This document shows, in pieces, positions 46,345 through 55,484 of a stretch of DNA of 64,000 nt. Position 1 is the first letter of the stretch. Every line of letters begins with the position of its first letter. Origin of the DNA: a bacterium (lineage in GTDB: Bacteria; Patescibacteriota; Minisyncoccia; JAUYLV01). Below the pieces are notes generated by a model. The model saw only the letters and a program-made list of their open reading frames with translations. It had not been told where the DNA came from and did not search any database. The stretch covers positions 9,023-73,022 of the forward strand of contig JAUSGO010000022.1 of the NCBI GenBank assembly GCA_030649025.1. Direction: 5' to 3'. The position numbers and the translations under genes are program-made.

Positions 46345-47307
46345 TTATTTTTCCGACTTTATCTTGTTAAGTATCTTTTTTACTTTTTCCACGCTATCCC
46401 AATCATAAATAGAGAGCGGTAACACGTTTTTTTGTATTTTTTTGAGCAAAGCTATTTTCTTTTTCATTTCTGCTGCGCCTATCGTGTCGCTTTTGGAGAG
46501 GAAGAGGAATTCGGTTTTCTTTGCCAACATTTTGTTATGAGCGGCAAGTTCTTTTTTTATTGTTTTATAATCCCGTACTACGTTAGAAGATTCCGCCGAC
46601 AGCAGATGAAAAAGGACCTTTGTTCGCTCAATGTGGCGCAGAAATTTTGTGCCGAGACCCTTCCCATCCGACGCCCCTTCGATGAGCCCCGGAACGTCCG
46701 CCAAGATAAGCTCCCAGTAGGCCCCCAGATTTGGTTCCAGGGTCGTGAACGGATAATTCGCAACCTTGCTTTTTGCCCGCGTAAGTTCGTTAAGCAGGCT
46801 TGATTTTCCGGCATTGGGCAGGCCGATCAATCCCACATCGGCAATAAACTTAAGTTCCAGGCGCAGAGTAAAATGTTCGCCGGGCCGGCCTTCTTGGTAC
46901 TGGGTGGGCGTGGTGTTGCGTGCCGAACGGAAATGAAAATTTCCCTTTCCGCCAATGCCTCCCTTGGCAACGAGTATCTTCTGCCCTATTTTCAACACCT
47001 CTTGGGCTCTGTCCGTTCCAATTTCTCGGATAACCGTTCCGATGGGAACTTTCAATATCAGGTCGTCTCCGTTGGAACCATCGCGGAATTGCGGCATACC
47101 GGTGCCGCCATGTTCCGTTACCACATCTTTCGCGTATCGGAATTGGCCCAATGCGTTCAGGTCCGACACGCCTTCAAAATAAATACTGCCGCCTCTGCCA
47201 CCAGACCCGCCGGCTGGACCCAAGCTCATAAGATTTTTGTTGAACGCAACAGCGCCCTTTCCGCCATTGCCGGCCTTCACTTTAACTTTGACATCGTCAA
47301 TGAGCAT
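46345..47307 (-). CDS. obgE: GTPase Obg
   Basis: An Obg fold N-terminus (MLIDDVKVKVKAGNGGKGAVAF... glycine-rich repeats) and G-domain motifs GLPNAGKSS, DVPG, LSKSD. Confidence 0.85.
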   Translation of the reverse strand: MLIDDVKVKVKAGNGGKGAVAFNKNLMSLGPAGGSGGRGGSIYFEGVSDLNALGQFRYAKDVVTEHGGTGMPQFRDGSNGDDLILKVPIGTVIREIGTDRAQEVLKIGQKILVAKGGIGGKGNFHFRSARNTTPTQYQEGRPGEHFTLRLELKFIADVGLIGLPNAGKSSLLNELTRAKSKVANYPFTTLEPNLGAYWELILADVPGLIEGASDGKGLGTKFLRHIERTKVLFHLLSAESSNVVRDYKTIKKELAAHNKMLAKKTEFLFLSKSDTIGAAEMKKKIALLKKIQKNVLPLSIYDWDSVEKVKKILNKIKSEK

Positions 47308-47333
47308 AGGTTTGTTTTTTGGATGGGTCCTTC

Positions 47334-47359
47334 AAAAACCGCCCGAAGGGCGGTTTTAA
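47334..47359. terminator. Hairpin plus T-run (terminator-like) 28 nt upstream of the obgE start codon
   Basis: aaaaaCCGCCC-gaag-GGGCGGtttta, a GNRA-type tetraloop. Confidence 0.45.
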
Positions 47360-47733
47360 ATACAAAGTAGTGTTAGGCGGCCATGCTTTTTAGCTTCTCC
47401 GCGGAAAGCGAGGTAAGCCACAGAAGAAAAGGTCTGCGAAGCCTGTCGGTAGGCCACAGGTCATTTTTGAACAATGACGCTTTTTCTATCCGGAAGGAAG
47501 ATAGCGCAACCATGGTTGTCTGCAAATTTGGCGGCGATAGCCTGTTATGGTCTGCTAAAAATTGCTCCTTGTTTGTCATAGGGAATTGCCGATTTTGAAT
47601 CTTTTGCTTCTGTACCCATCATACACGTATCCTGCGAATAATCAAGCTCGTAAGCACCCCAACAGCCATTCCGCCTAAAGTATCCGAGGGATAATGCACC
47701 CTCGCAATGTTGCGTCTGGCTCTGTGGCTTTTT

Positions 47734-48990
47734 CTACGCCCTGATGTTGCCTATGATGCTCTTGGCTGTCTCGTGCATCATTTTGGAAATAGTGCTGAGC
47801 ATCTGCAGGGTCCGCGACTGTTTCTGCAGCATGTTTTGAAGGTCGATATCCGCAAGCTGGGTATCGTCCTGGGCACTCCCCGAACCCGCTTCCCGCACCT
47901 GCGTTTGCATCGTCTGTTTCACGCCGCCCAGGCCCTTCTCAACTTCCGTCTGGATGTCGGCCGCCGTCACGGGCTTGCTGAAGAAAAACGAGAGCCAGGG
48001 AAAACGCACCTTCACGCGGTCCGCATCAACCCCAATCTCCGCCGTAAGAGACGAATTGAATATCCCGAGGAATTTCGCGGGCATCTGGTAGGAGAGCTCC
48101 ACCACATGCTCCTTTATCTTGATGCCTTTGATGGCCGGATCATTCAGTACGACCGCGCCGGTATACACTTCCAGGTCCGAAGGGGTTTTCACGTCTCCGG
48201 AACGGGAGAGTATCTCTTCTTTTTTCTTGGGGTCCCAGCCGCGCACCCCAACCCTTCCTGCCTGTTCCAAGGCATTCAAACGGGCGCGGAATGCTTCCAA
48301 ATCGCCTTCGGTGTACTCCAGTCCCTGGAACATTGAGTCTCTTTCCGCGCTTCCCGATCGGATCTTATCGCTTGTTTCTCCCACACCGCCGTCACCCCCT
48401 TGTATTCGCAGGAGATCAAAATCCGGATCGCCGGGCGGCAAACTGGGTTGAGGTTTTATGCGTAAAAGATCAAAATCCGGATCTCCTATCATAACATCAT
48501 CTAATCCATCTCGATCAAGGTCTCCTATTACGGGATTCTCCTTTGCGGCTGATGACGGCGATGGACTTGATTCCACGATCTGGCCGTTCGATTCCTTGCC
48601 GCATCCCCAATGGTCTCCTCCGACCGGAATGCACATCATGGAATATCCGGTGGGACAATCAAGGGCCGGTTTTGCCTGGCCGTCGCAATTGGTGCGTTCG
48701 TTAACGCCCGAAGGGGTAGGCGTCGCCTTTGCATCCTGTGTGGGTGAAGGCTGGGGCGTAACAGCCGTTAGAGTGTCATTACCGGGAGTAGCTTTTGGGG
48801 TCGGGGTGGGGGCAGGTGTTTGGCTTGGGAAGGCGATTGTTCCCGCTGTCGGCTCTGCGGTGGGAAGTTCTGATGGGTAGGGCGTAGGAGTCGCGATGGG
48901 GCGGTTGAGCGAATCATACATATACTCCTCCGCAAACACCGGAAGACCGACAAGAAGCGCTACACACATTGCGATGATTGTTTTTTTCAT
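47734..48990 (-). CDS. Secreted hypothetical protein (signal peptide, Pro/Thr-rich linker, tandem DPDFDLLRI repeats)
   Basis: MKKTIIAMCVALLVGLPVFA signal peptide. A P/T-rich region. The 9-aa repeat GDPDFDLLRI appears twice. Confidence 0.45.
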   Translation of the reverse strand: MKKTIIAMCVALLVGLPVFAEEYMYDSLNRPIATPTPYPSELPTAEPTAGTIAFPSQTPAPTPTPKATPGNDTLTAVTPQPSPTQDAKATPTPSGVNERTNCDGQAKPALDCPTGYSMMCIPVGGDHWGCGKESNGQIVESSPSPSSAAKENPVIGDLDRDGLDDVMIGDPDFDLLRIKPQPSLPPGDPDFDLLRIQGGDGGVGETSDKIRSGSAERDSMFQGLEYTEGDLEAFRARLNALEQAGRVGVRGWDPKKKEEILSRSGDVKTPSDLEVYTGAVVLNDPAIKGIKIKEHVVELSYQMPAKFLGIFNSSLTAEIGVDADRVKVRFPWLSFFFSKPVTAADIQTEVEKGLGGVKQTMQTQVREAGSGSAQDDTQLADIDLQNMLQKQSRTLQMLSTISKMMHETAKSIIGNIRA

Positions 48991-49123
48991 ATAAAACATA
49001 TAATCAAATAAGTTCTTCCAGCATAACAAAATTCCGGGACTTATGCGAGCTCCGGAATCTTAAGAGCATGCACCACGCATGCCGCGCAGATAAGCCCGAT
49101 ATCCTTGTCATGCTGCACCGATC

Positions 49124-50182
49124 TTATTTCCCGCACGTGAAATCCAACGTGCTTTGTTTGCATGAGCAGAAATATTTGATGCCCTGGTCCGATGTCTGCC
49201 CCAGGCAGTATCCTGTGTTGCACTCTCCCCCGTGCGCGCATTCCTGCCCGGCCTTCTTGGTGGGCCCCGTTTTAGTATCCACGGTGATGGTTTCGGTGCA
49301 GAAATCAAGCGGAGGTGCCTGGTTTCCGCGCGGACGGTCTCCGTCAAATGCGCACCGCTGGGGTTTCAATTCCTGCGGATTTGTTTTGCAGGGCTTGGCG
49401 CAAACAACGAGGCCGTTATCCTGGCACAACACGGCGGTGGCAAAACGCGAATCCATGGCGGTAACGCAAAAGTGGTCTGCCGCGGCAAGCGCTCCGCACG
49501 TCACCAGTTTCTTGTTCTGCTGGTAGAATTCGCATACATACGAGTCCACCGGCACATCCGTTTCAACCGTGCCCTGCGGTCCCTGCACTTTCACGGTTAC
49601 ATGCTTCTCTTGTTTTATGGTAAGGCGTGCGAGCTTTTCTCGGAAGAAGTCAAAAGCGCGCGCGACCGTACTACGGAAACTTCCCCACCATCTTCCCGGG
49701 ACATTCCATAAATTTTTTGTGCCACCTGCTGGCTTCACAACCTCAACGACCTCATCTCCCGGAGTGCACTCAACATACATCTCCCGATACAAATCTCCTA
49801 TCTGCGTTGCGCAGTCCGCGTTCACATTACAATTCGGGCATATGTGGCAGGTATTTTTCTCGTTTCCGCACACGCCCCCCTGCGGTGCGCCATCGCAATA
49901 AAACCCAGCCTTGCTCCCATTCATATCGCTCTTTTTTGCCGCACCAGGATGCGTAGCCATACACACGTCGGACGTAAGGGCCGTATACCCAACACAGGTT
50001 TTTCCTAATGCGACACAGACTTCGTTGCCCGAATCCATCGTGGCATCCTGGGAAGTTACCACATAATACGTCTTGCCGTTATACGGCACCGACTGGGGCT
50101 CGGCCTGGGCCAAAAACCCGATGCCCAGCACCCCAATAAGAACAATAAAAACAAAACTGGCAAACCAAAATGTTTTTTTCAT
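49124..50182 (-). CDS. Secreted cysteine-rich hypothetical protein
   Basis: A signal peptide (MKKTFWFASFVFIVLIGVLGIGFLAQA) and more than 30 Cys in a 352-aa mature region. Confidence 0.45.
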   Translation of the reverse strand: MKKTFWFASFVFIVLIGVLGIGFLAQAEPQSVPYNGKTYYVVTSQDATMDSGNEVCVALGKTCVGYTALTSDVCMATHPGAAKKSDMNGSKAGFYCDGAPQGGVCGNEKNTCHICPNCNVNADCATQIGDLYREMYVECTPGDEVVEVVKPAGGTKNLWNVPGRWWGSFRSTVARAFDFFREKLARLTIKQEKHVTVKVQGPQGTVETDVPVDSYVCEFYQQNKKLVTCGALAAADHFCVTAMDSRFATAVLCQDNGLVVCAKPCKTNPQELKPQRCAFDGDRPRGNQAPPLDFCTETITVDTKTGPTKKAGQECAHGGECNTGYCLGQTSDQGIKYFCSCKQSTLDFTCGK

Positions 50183-50320
50183 AATACCGAGGATAAATAA
50201 TATATGATTATATATGCCAGTATAGCAGACCGTGCATCCTTAAGCAATGAGGAAAACTATAAAAAAAGCCGGGCTTTCGCGACCCGGCTTTCGGAATTAC
50301 AAAAATCTCAACAAAAGACA

Positions 50321-50773
50321 TTAGAACATTTTCTTGCCAAACGCATTCCAGCGCTGCCAGAGGTGCCACGCCGTAGCAAGATACAAAAGTCCGACAACAA
50401 AAAAGATGATGCGGCCCGATACAATCGACATGCCGAGGTTCTTTCCCATAAGACCTGTCAAACCCAAATTAATGCCCGATACAACACTCACAAAAAATGC
50501 GATTTTATCTTTTTGATCCGTTTCGCCAAAAAGCTTCATACCACTCGTGTTCCAGCGAAACAGCATATACGCCGATGCCGCGCCCGATACTATCCACGCC
50601 AGGGTTAAAAGCGAACTCAAGGGGCTATAGAGGCCGGGAAAAGGGTTAAATGCCAGTAAGGGCGGAACTCCGCCGATAAAAAGAGCTAGAGACGCTACAA
50701 CAAGACGCGCCTCCGACCACATGAAGCTGTAGTATTCAAGCTTCGCCGGATGCGTAAGTTCTTTAATGTTCAT
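50321..50773 (-). CDS. Hypothetical membrane protein (4 TM)
   Basis: A hydrophobic 150-aa ORF. Confidence 0.35.
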   Translation of the reverse strand: MNIKELTHPAKLEYYSFMWSEARLVVASLALFIGGVPPLLAFNPFPGLYSPLSSLLTLAWIVSGAASAYMLFRWNTSGMKLFGETDQKDKIAFFVSVVSGINLGLTGLMGKNLGMSIVSGRIIFFVVGLLYLATAWHLWQRWNAFGKKMF

Positions 50774-50855
50774 ATATATGTATTATGAAATAATGTTCCC
50801 CATGATAGCACGCGCACCCACACCTCTGTCTACTCCGGAATGTTGTACAAGACTT

Positions 50856-51608
50856 CTAGAAATTTCCGGCAGTCGGCAACGCGGAACTCTCAACTGCAGG
50901 ACGAAAACTTTTGCCTACGGCAAGGCCCGCGATCGAGCCGAAGATGGCTCCCGCAAGAAACTCCGAAAACCAATGGATGCCGACAGTGGCAACCCCGATG
51001 CCGACATAGAACGCATAGAGAAGAGCAAGAATGCGGACCATCCGGTTTTTCGGAAAAAGCGCGATAAGCGCGCAAGCGACCGCGAAAGAAACCGTGGTGT
51101 GGCTCGACGGCCAACCCCAGAACACTCCTCCCCGTAGAAATCCGAACCTAAAATTTTCGCTGATGTCCACCAGAGCGCTTCCATCAAAAAATTTCGGTTG
51201 CATCCGGCCGGTGAATGCCTTGTAGAACCAAGAAAGAAAAAGTCCTACAAGCGCCGCCTGTCCCATGGCGCCCGCAATAAGCACAATGCCGCTTCTCTCT
51301 CGCCATTTTCCATAGAAGTACATGCTAAGCGGAACAATAATGGGGAGAAGGCCGCCAAGTACCAGTGCGGGCACGAAATACGATCGAACGCTTGCATGCT
51401 GTGCTGCCACGTAATAGTTCCAGTCAAACCCCGAGGTGACGCATATCCATGTAAGCGCTATCGCAAGAGCGTGCCACGGCAGAATCCGCGGACGGAAGCA
51501 CGCGGCAGCATTTCTCCAGAAGCCCCGGAAGAGAGTGCGAAAGAGGAAAAATTCTTTCGGCAATTCATTCGGCCTTCCGTGTTCATTTAGTTTACCGTTG
51601 TTGTCCAT
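50856..51608 (-). CDS. PAP2-superfamily phosphatase (membrane)
   Basis: A PSSHTT (PSGH-like) motif and a C-terminal HWFSEFLAG (SRx5Hx3D-like) motif, about 6 TM. Confidence 0.6.
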   Translation of the reverse strand: MDNNGKLNEHGRPNELPKEFFLFRTLFRGFWRNAAACFRPRILPWHALAIALTWICVTSGFDWNYYVAAQHASVRSYFVPALVLGGLLPIIVPLSMYFYGKWRERSGIVLIAGAMGQAALVGLFLSWFYKAFTGRMQPKFFDGSALVDISENFRFGFLRGGVFWGWPSSHTTVSFAVACALIALFPKNRMVRILALLYAFYVGIGVATVGIHWFSEFLAGAIFGSIAGLAVGKSFRPAVESSALPTAGNF

Positions 51609-51726
51609 ACCACACAGTGTATCTCTTTTCCCCTGCCCGAACAACGTGATGCTCTAAAACGCGGGCGAGGCGAGTGTGGCCCATGCCGTGAAGGAAAAGT
51701 TCGAAAAGCGGATCCGCGATCAGCTA

Positions 51727-51755
51727 TTGACTAATATATTAAGATGCGGTATAAT
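51727..51755 (+). promoter_or_regulatory. Consensus sigma70 promoter (TTGACT-17-TATAAT) plus AAGGAGG RBS for 51794..52402
   Basis: TTGACT at 51727..51732, a 17-nt spacer, TATAAT at 51750..51755, AAGGAGG about 8 nt before the ATG. Confidence 0.65.
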
Positions 51756-51793
51756 CTTATCAGCAGTACGTTGAAACTGATAAGGAGGCTGAA

Positions 51794-52402
51794 ATGCGAC
51801 GGATAATCGCAACAATCGCTGTTTTGTTTTTTATTCAGATTGCCGTAGCATTTCCCGCGAAGGCGGAAAAACTGCGGCATACCACCACCCCGGCCACTCC
51901 CGTCTGGAAGCAGGTCGGACGTCAGGCTCTTTGGCTGGTGAATTGGGACTGGAAATTGGCTCTGGGCGGATGGACCGTGCGGTTTCATCCTGGGCGGCTC
52001 GACGTTCTCGGCATTACTACGCTGGACGAGAGCCGAGTGGATATTTGGGTCCGGCGAAAGCAATCACCGGAGTCGGTGGCAGGGACGATAGTGCATGAAC
52101 TTGCGCATGCATTCGACCACAAGTATCTTACTTTCGATATGCGCAAGGCTTGGATTGCTGCGCGAAATTTGCCGCCGGACACCCGGTGGTATACGCCGTG
52201 CAGCGGTTGCCGCGACCGCGGTTTATGCGACGATTGCGCGGACTATCATTTTGGGTCCGGCGATTTCGCGGAATGCGTAAGTTGGACACTGCAGGGACCA
52301 GCTTACGAATTTCAGAGTCTCCTTGGGCCGCCGCCGAACGAAGCGCAACAGGCGCTTATCCGGCAGTGGCTTACGGAATTGCCTCAAGCGGGCGGAAAGT
52401 AA
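51794..52402 (+). CDS. Secreted putative zinc metallopeptidase-like protein (HExxH)
   Basis: A signal peptide (IAVLFFIQIAVAFPAKA) and GTIVHELAHAFDHKY. Several Cys are present (CSGCRDRGLCDDC). Confidence 0.45.
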   Translation: MRRIIATIAVLFFIQIAVAFPAKAEKLRHTTTPATPVWKQVGRQALWLVNWDWKLALGGWTVRFHPGRLDVLGITTLDESRVDIWVRRKQSPESVAGTIVHELAHAFDHKYLTFDMRKAWIAARNLPPDTRWYTPCSGCRDRGLCDDCADYHFGSGDFAECVSWTLQGPAYEFQSLLGPPPNEAQQALIRQWLTELPQAGGK

Positions 52403-52505
52403 TTCTCCGCCCGTTTTTTATTGAGGTTCTCTTTACTTTCTTATTTAACAAAATAAGCAAGTAAAGAGATGAACAATGGTCTGGCGGATAATGGGAAAGG
52501 CAATA

Positions 52506-53759
52506 TCAGGCATGACTGCCCGCCACGTATCCGGTGGTCCAGCACAATTGCAAAGAGTAGCCGCCGGAGGGACGGCGCACGTGCAGAAGGTCTCCGGTGA
52601 TGTAGAGATTATCGAAAAGCAGTGAGCGCATGGTCTTCATATCCATCTCTTCCAGCACCACGCCTCCATCCGCCACGACAGCCCGGTCAAACCCCATAAG
52701 ATGGGTGATGGTAAGCGGCAAGGCTTTCAGCGTGCGTGCTATCAGCTTTCGTTCTTCTTTGGTCACGCTGTGTACTTTTTTCTTCTCATCTATTTTGGAA
52801 AGAAGTTTTAAAAGATGGGTAGATGTGCCTGGGGGCGCTATCTCTTTAAAAACATTCTTCAGGTCCCTGTTCTTGTTCGCATCAAACGCCTTCCGTATGC
52901 GCTCATCCAACGCCCCCAAGTCGAGCTCCGGAAATGCATCAATGATGGCGGTTGCCGTTCCTGCCTGAAGCATATCTCCTACTTTGTCGGCGCTATTTAA
53001 TATGATGGGGCCGGAAATTCCAAAATGCGTGAATAGCAAACTGCCAGTGCGCGAAAACTGTTTTTTGCCTTCCACAGAGAACGTGATTTTCATGGATTTG
53101 AGCGTTACGCCCGCAAGCGCCTTCACCCATGCCTCGCGGACTGCCAGAGGCACAATAGTGGGCGTTGGCGCCTTCACTTTGTGCCCCAGGTCTCTTAACC
53201 ACGCAAAGCCGTCTCCCGTTGAGCCCGTCTCGGCGTGCGACATGCCGCCTGTAGCAAGAATGATCGCTCCTGCTGTATACGAAACCGAGCCGCACTGTAC
53301 GCCCAAAACCTTCCGGCCATCCGTATTAATACGCGTTGTCTTCGCTTCCGTGCACACCGTCACCTTACCGTCGCGAAGATATGTTTCGAGCACCCGGAAT
53401 ATATCAAGCGCTTTTTGCGTCTTGGGGAAAGCGCGTTTGCGGTCTTCCACAACTAACGGAAGCCCCCGCGATTCAAAAAACTTGAAAGTGCTCTCAACGC
53501 CAAATTGCGAAAATGGCGAGGGCAGAAAACGCCCGCCGTTGCCGTAGTGCGCGAGAAGCTTGTGCGTATCAAATTCCGCGTTGGTGACGTTGCATCTGCC
53601 TCCGCCCGTGATTTTTAGTTTTTCACCAAGACGCTTATTCTTTTCCAGAAGCAACACGCGCTTGCCTCTTTCGGCCGCGCGTCCGGCCGCCATCATGCCC
53701 GATGCCCCGCCTCCAATGACAATGACATCGAATATTTCCTGTCTCATTTTTATCAGCAT
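52506..53759 (-). CDS. HI0933/YhiN (BaiN)-family FAD-dependent oxidoreductase
   Basis: DVIVIGGGASGMMAAGRAAERGKRVLLLEKN (dinucleotide-binding) and GGGRCNVTN motifs, and an HI0933-like C-terminal domain. Confidence 0.7.
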   Translation of the reverse strand: MLIKMRQEIFDVIVIGGGASGMMAAGRAAERGKRVLLLEKNKRLGEKLKITGGGRCNVTNAEFDTHKLLAHYGNGGRFLPSPFSQFGVESTFKFFESRGLPLVVEDRKRAFPKTQKALDIFRVLETYLRDGKVTVCTEAKTTRINTDGRKVLGVQCGSVSYTAGAIILATGGMSHAETGSTGDGFAWLRDLGHKVKAPTPTIVPLAVREAWVKALAGVTLKSMKITFSVEGKKQFSRTGSLLFTHFGISGPIILNSADKVGDMLQAGTATAIIDAFPELDLGALDERIRKAFDANKNRDLKNVFKEIAPPGTSTHLLKLLSKIDEKKKVHSVTKEERKLIARTLKALPLTITHLMGFDRAVVADGGVVLEEMDMKTMRSLLFDNLYITGDLLHVRRPSGGYSLQLCWTTGYVAGSHA

Positions 53760-53809
53760 ACGCTCATCTCTACTACTTGCCTATTTAACAATATAAGCAA
53801 GTAGATGAA

Positions 53810-55261
53810 TTAGGCTTCCAGGTCGAGCGTTTGGTCAATACGTATCTGACTCACAAATTCCGGTACGTGGCTTACCAGTATCATGGCTCCCGTGTAGGCA
53901 TCTAAAGCCTTGGCAATAACGGGCAAGTGGCGGAAGTTCATATGATTCGTAGGCTCATCCAGGATAAGCAGTCCCGGTTTCTGCAGTACCAGCCGTGCCA
54001 GCGACACCAAGCCTTTCTGGCCCTCCGAGAGACTGCCTACTTTGGCCTTAATGGCCTCCGAGTTTATTAAAAATCCCGCGGCAACGGAGCGGAGCTTTTC
54101 TTCGTCCACTTCATTTGTTGCCGACGCGAGCGACTGATATACCGTGTCTTCCGGCTTCAGCATAGAGAAATCCTGGCGGTAATATCCCACTTTCACGCCC
54201 GAAGTAATATGGGCCCCTTTTGCCGTGCCGTGCGCCAGAGACTCAAGCAGAGTGGACTTACCAATGCCGTTGGGACCTATAAGAAGCAGATGTTCATTTC
54301 TGCGAAGCGAAATATTAGTTTTCTTTGTGACCACTTTGTGGTTTTTCATGAGAGAAAACGAAGTCACCGACAAAAGCTCCCCTGAAACTTCAATGTCTGC
54401 CGGAATGGCGAAGGGACGGATGGTTTTGTCTTCCTTGCGCACATCAACCTGCTCTTCTTCAAGTTCCGCGGCTTTCTCGCGCATACGTTTGGCAAGCAAT
54501 CGCAATCGTCCTCCCTTCATGGCAAAAAAGTTTGCCTTCTCTTTTTTCTCTATTGCCTCCTTGGCAAGTCGCGCATTCTTGCTGTTCTCTTTTTCGATGC
54601 GCACAGCTATTTGCGCCACCACATCGAAATAGTTTCCAATATAATTTTCCAGAAAGTGCGTGAATACATCCAGATAGAGCACGCCCTGGGTGAATGCATT
54701 CAAGAAATCAGCGTCATGTGAGATGACAATGCATGTGTTGGGGTAGCCAATAATGAACTTGGTGAGATGCGCAATGCCCGCCTTATCCAGATTGTTGGTC
54801 GGCTCGTCCAAAAGCAGAACATCCGGTTCCTGGATAAGTGCCGCGGCAAGTAGCAGCCGCGCCTGCTGGCCCCCGGAGCACGCCGTAATCCGCCGCTCAA
54901 GGGGTACCGATAAATTCACTGCCTCCAGCGCCGAGGCTATGCGCGGATCGATATCGTATATTTTTTTTGGGAACGACCTCTCAAAAAATTCCCGTATCGT
55001 GAGCTTCAAATATTCATGCGGCATGGCCTGCTTTGCTAGGGCGACAGTAAGTTCGGAGTCCACAATAACCTTGCCACGGTCCGGACGGAGTTCTTTCGTG
55101 ATGAGATGGAACAGCGTGCTTTTGCCCGCCCCATTCTGTCCCATCAGGGTCAACTTCGCGCCGCGTCTCACGCTAAAACTCACCCCTTCCAAAATGGGTT
55201 TATGTGGCCCTCGCTCGAACGAGACCTCTTCAAATCGCATAATAACTTCGTTTTTAGCCAT
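53810..55261 (-). CDS. ABC-F family ATPase (tandem ABC domains with no TMD; an EttA/Uup/YheS-like translation factor)
   Basis: Two Walker A motifs (GQNGAGKST; GPNGIGKST), two signatures (CSGGQQARLLLA; LSEGQKGLVSLARL), and a charged inter-domain linker. Confidence 0.75.
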   Translation of the reverse strand: MAKNEVIMRFEEVSFERGPHKPILEGVSFSVRRGAKLTLMGQNGAGKSTLFHLITKELRPDRGKVIVDSELTVALAKQAMPHEYLKLTIREFFERSFPKKIYDIDPRIASALEAVNLSVPLERRITACSGGQQARLLLAAALIQEPDVLLLDEPTNNLDKAGIAHLTKFIIGYPNTCIVISHDADFLNAFTQGVLYLDVFTHFLENYIGNYFDVVAQIAVRIEKENSKNARLAKEAIEKKEKANFFAMKGGRLRLLAKRMREKAAELEEEQVDVRKEDKTIRPFAIPADIEVSGELLSVTSFSLMKNHKVVTKKTNISLRRNEHLLLIGPNGIGKSTLLESLAHGTAKGAHITSGVKVGYYRQDFSMLKPEDTVYQSLASATNEVDEEKLRSVAAGFLINSEAIKAKVGSLSEGQKGLVSLARLVLQKPGLLILDEPTNHMNFRHLPVIAKALDAYTGAMILVSHVPEFVSQIRIDQTLDLEA

Positions 55262-55484
55262 ACAGGATTGCCGCTGTAGACAGCAAACTCTATAGTTCTA
55301 GACTCCCAGTTCTGAACCGCAAAAAACGGCAGTTTTTGAATTTCATACTTCAGAACCCAATTTTAAATCAAAAAGCCCGTGTTTACGCTGAAACCGGTGT
55401 TTGCGGGTATAGTAAAAGCACATCAAATACCGTTTTATATATCTCCTTTTACGAGCGGGGGTCTGGGACTATGCTAAAATGGGA

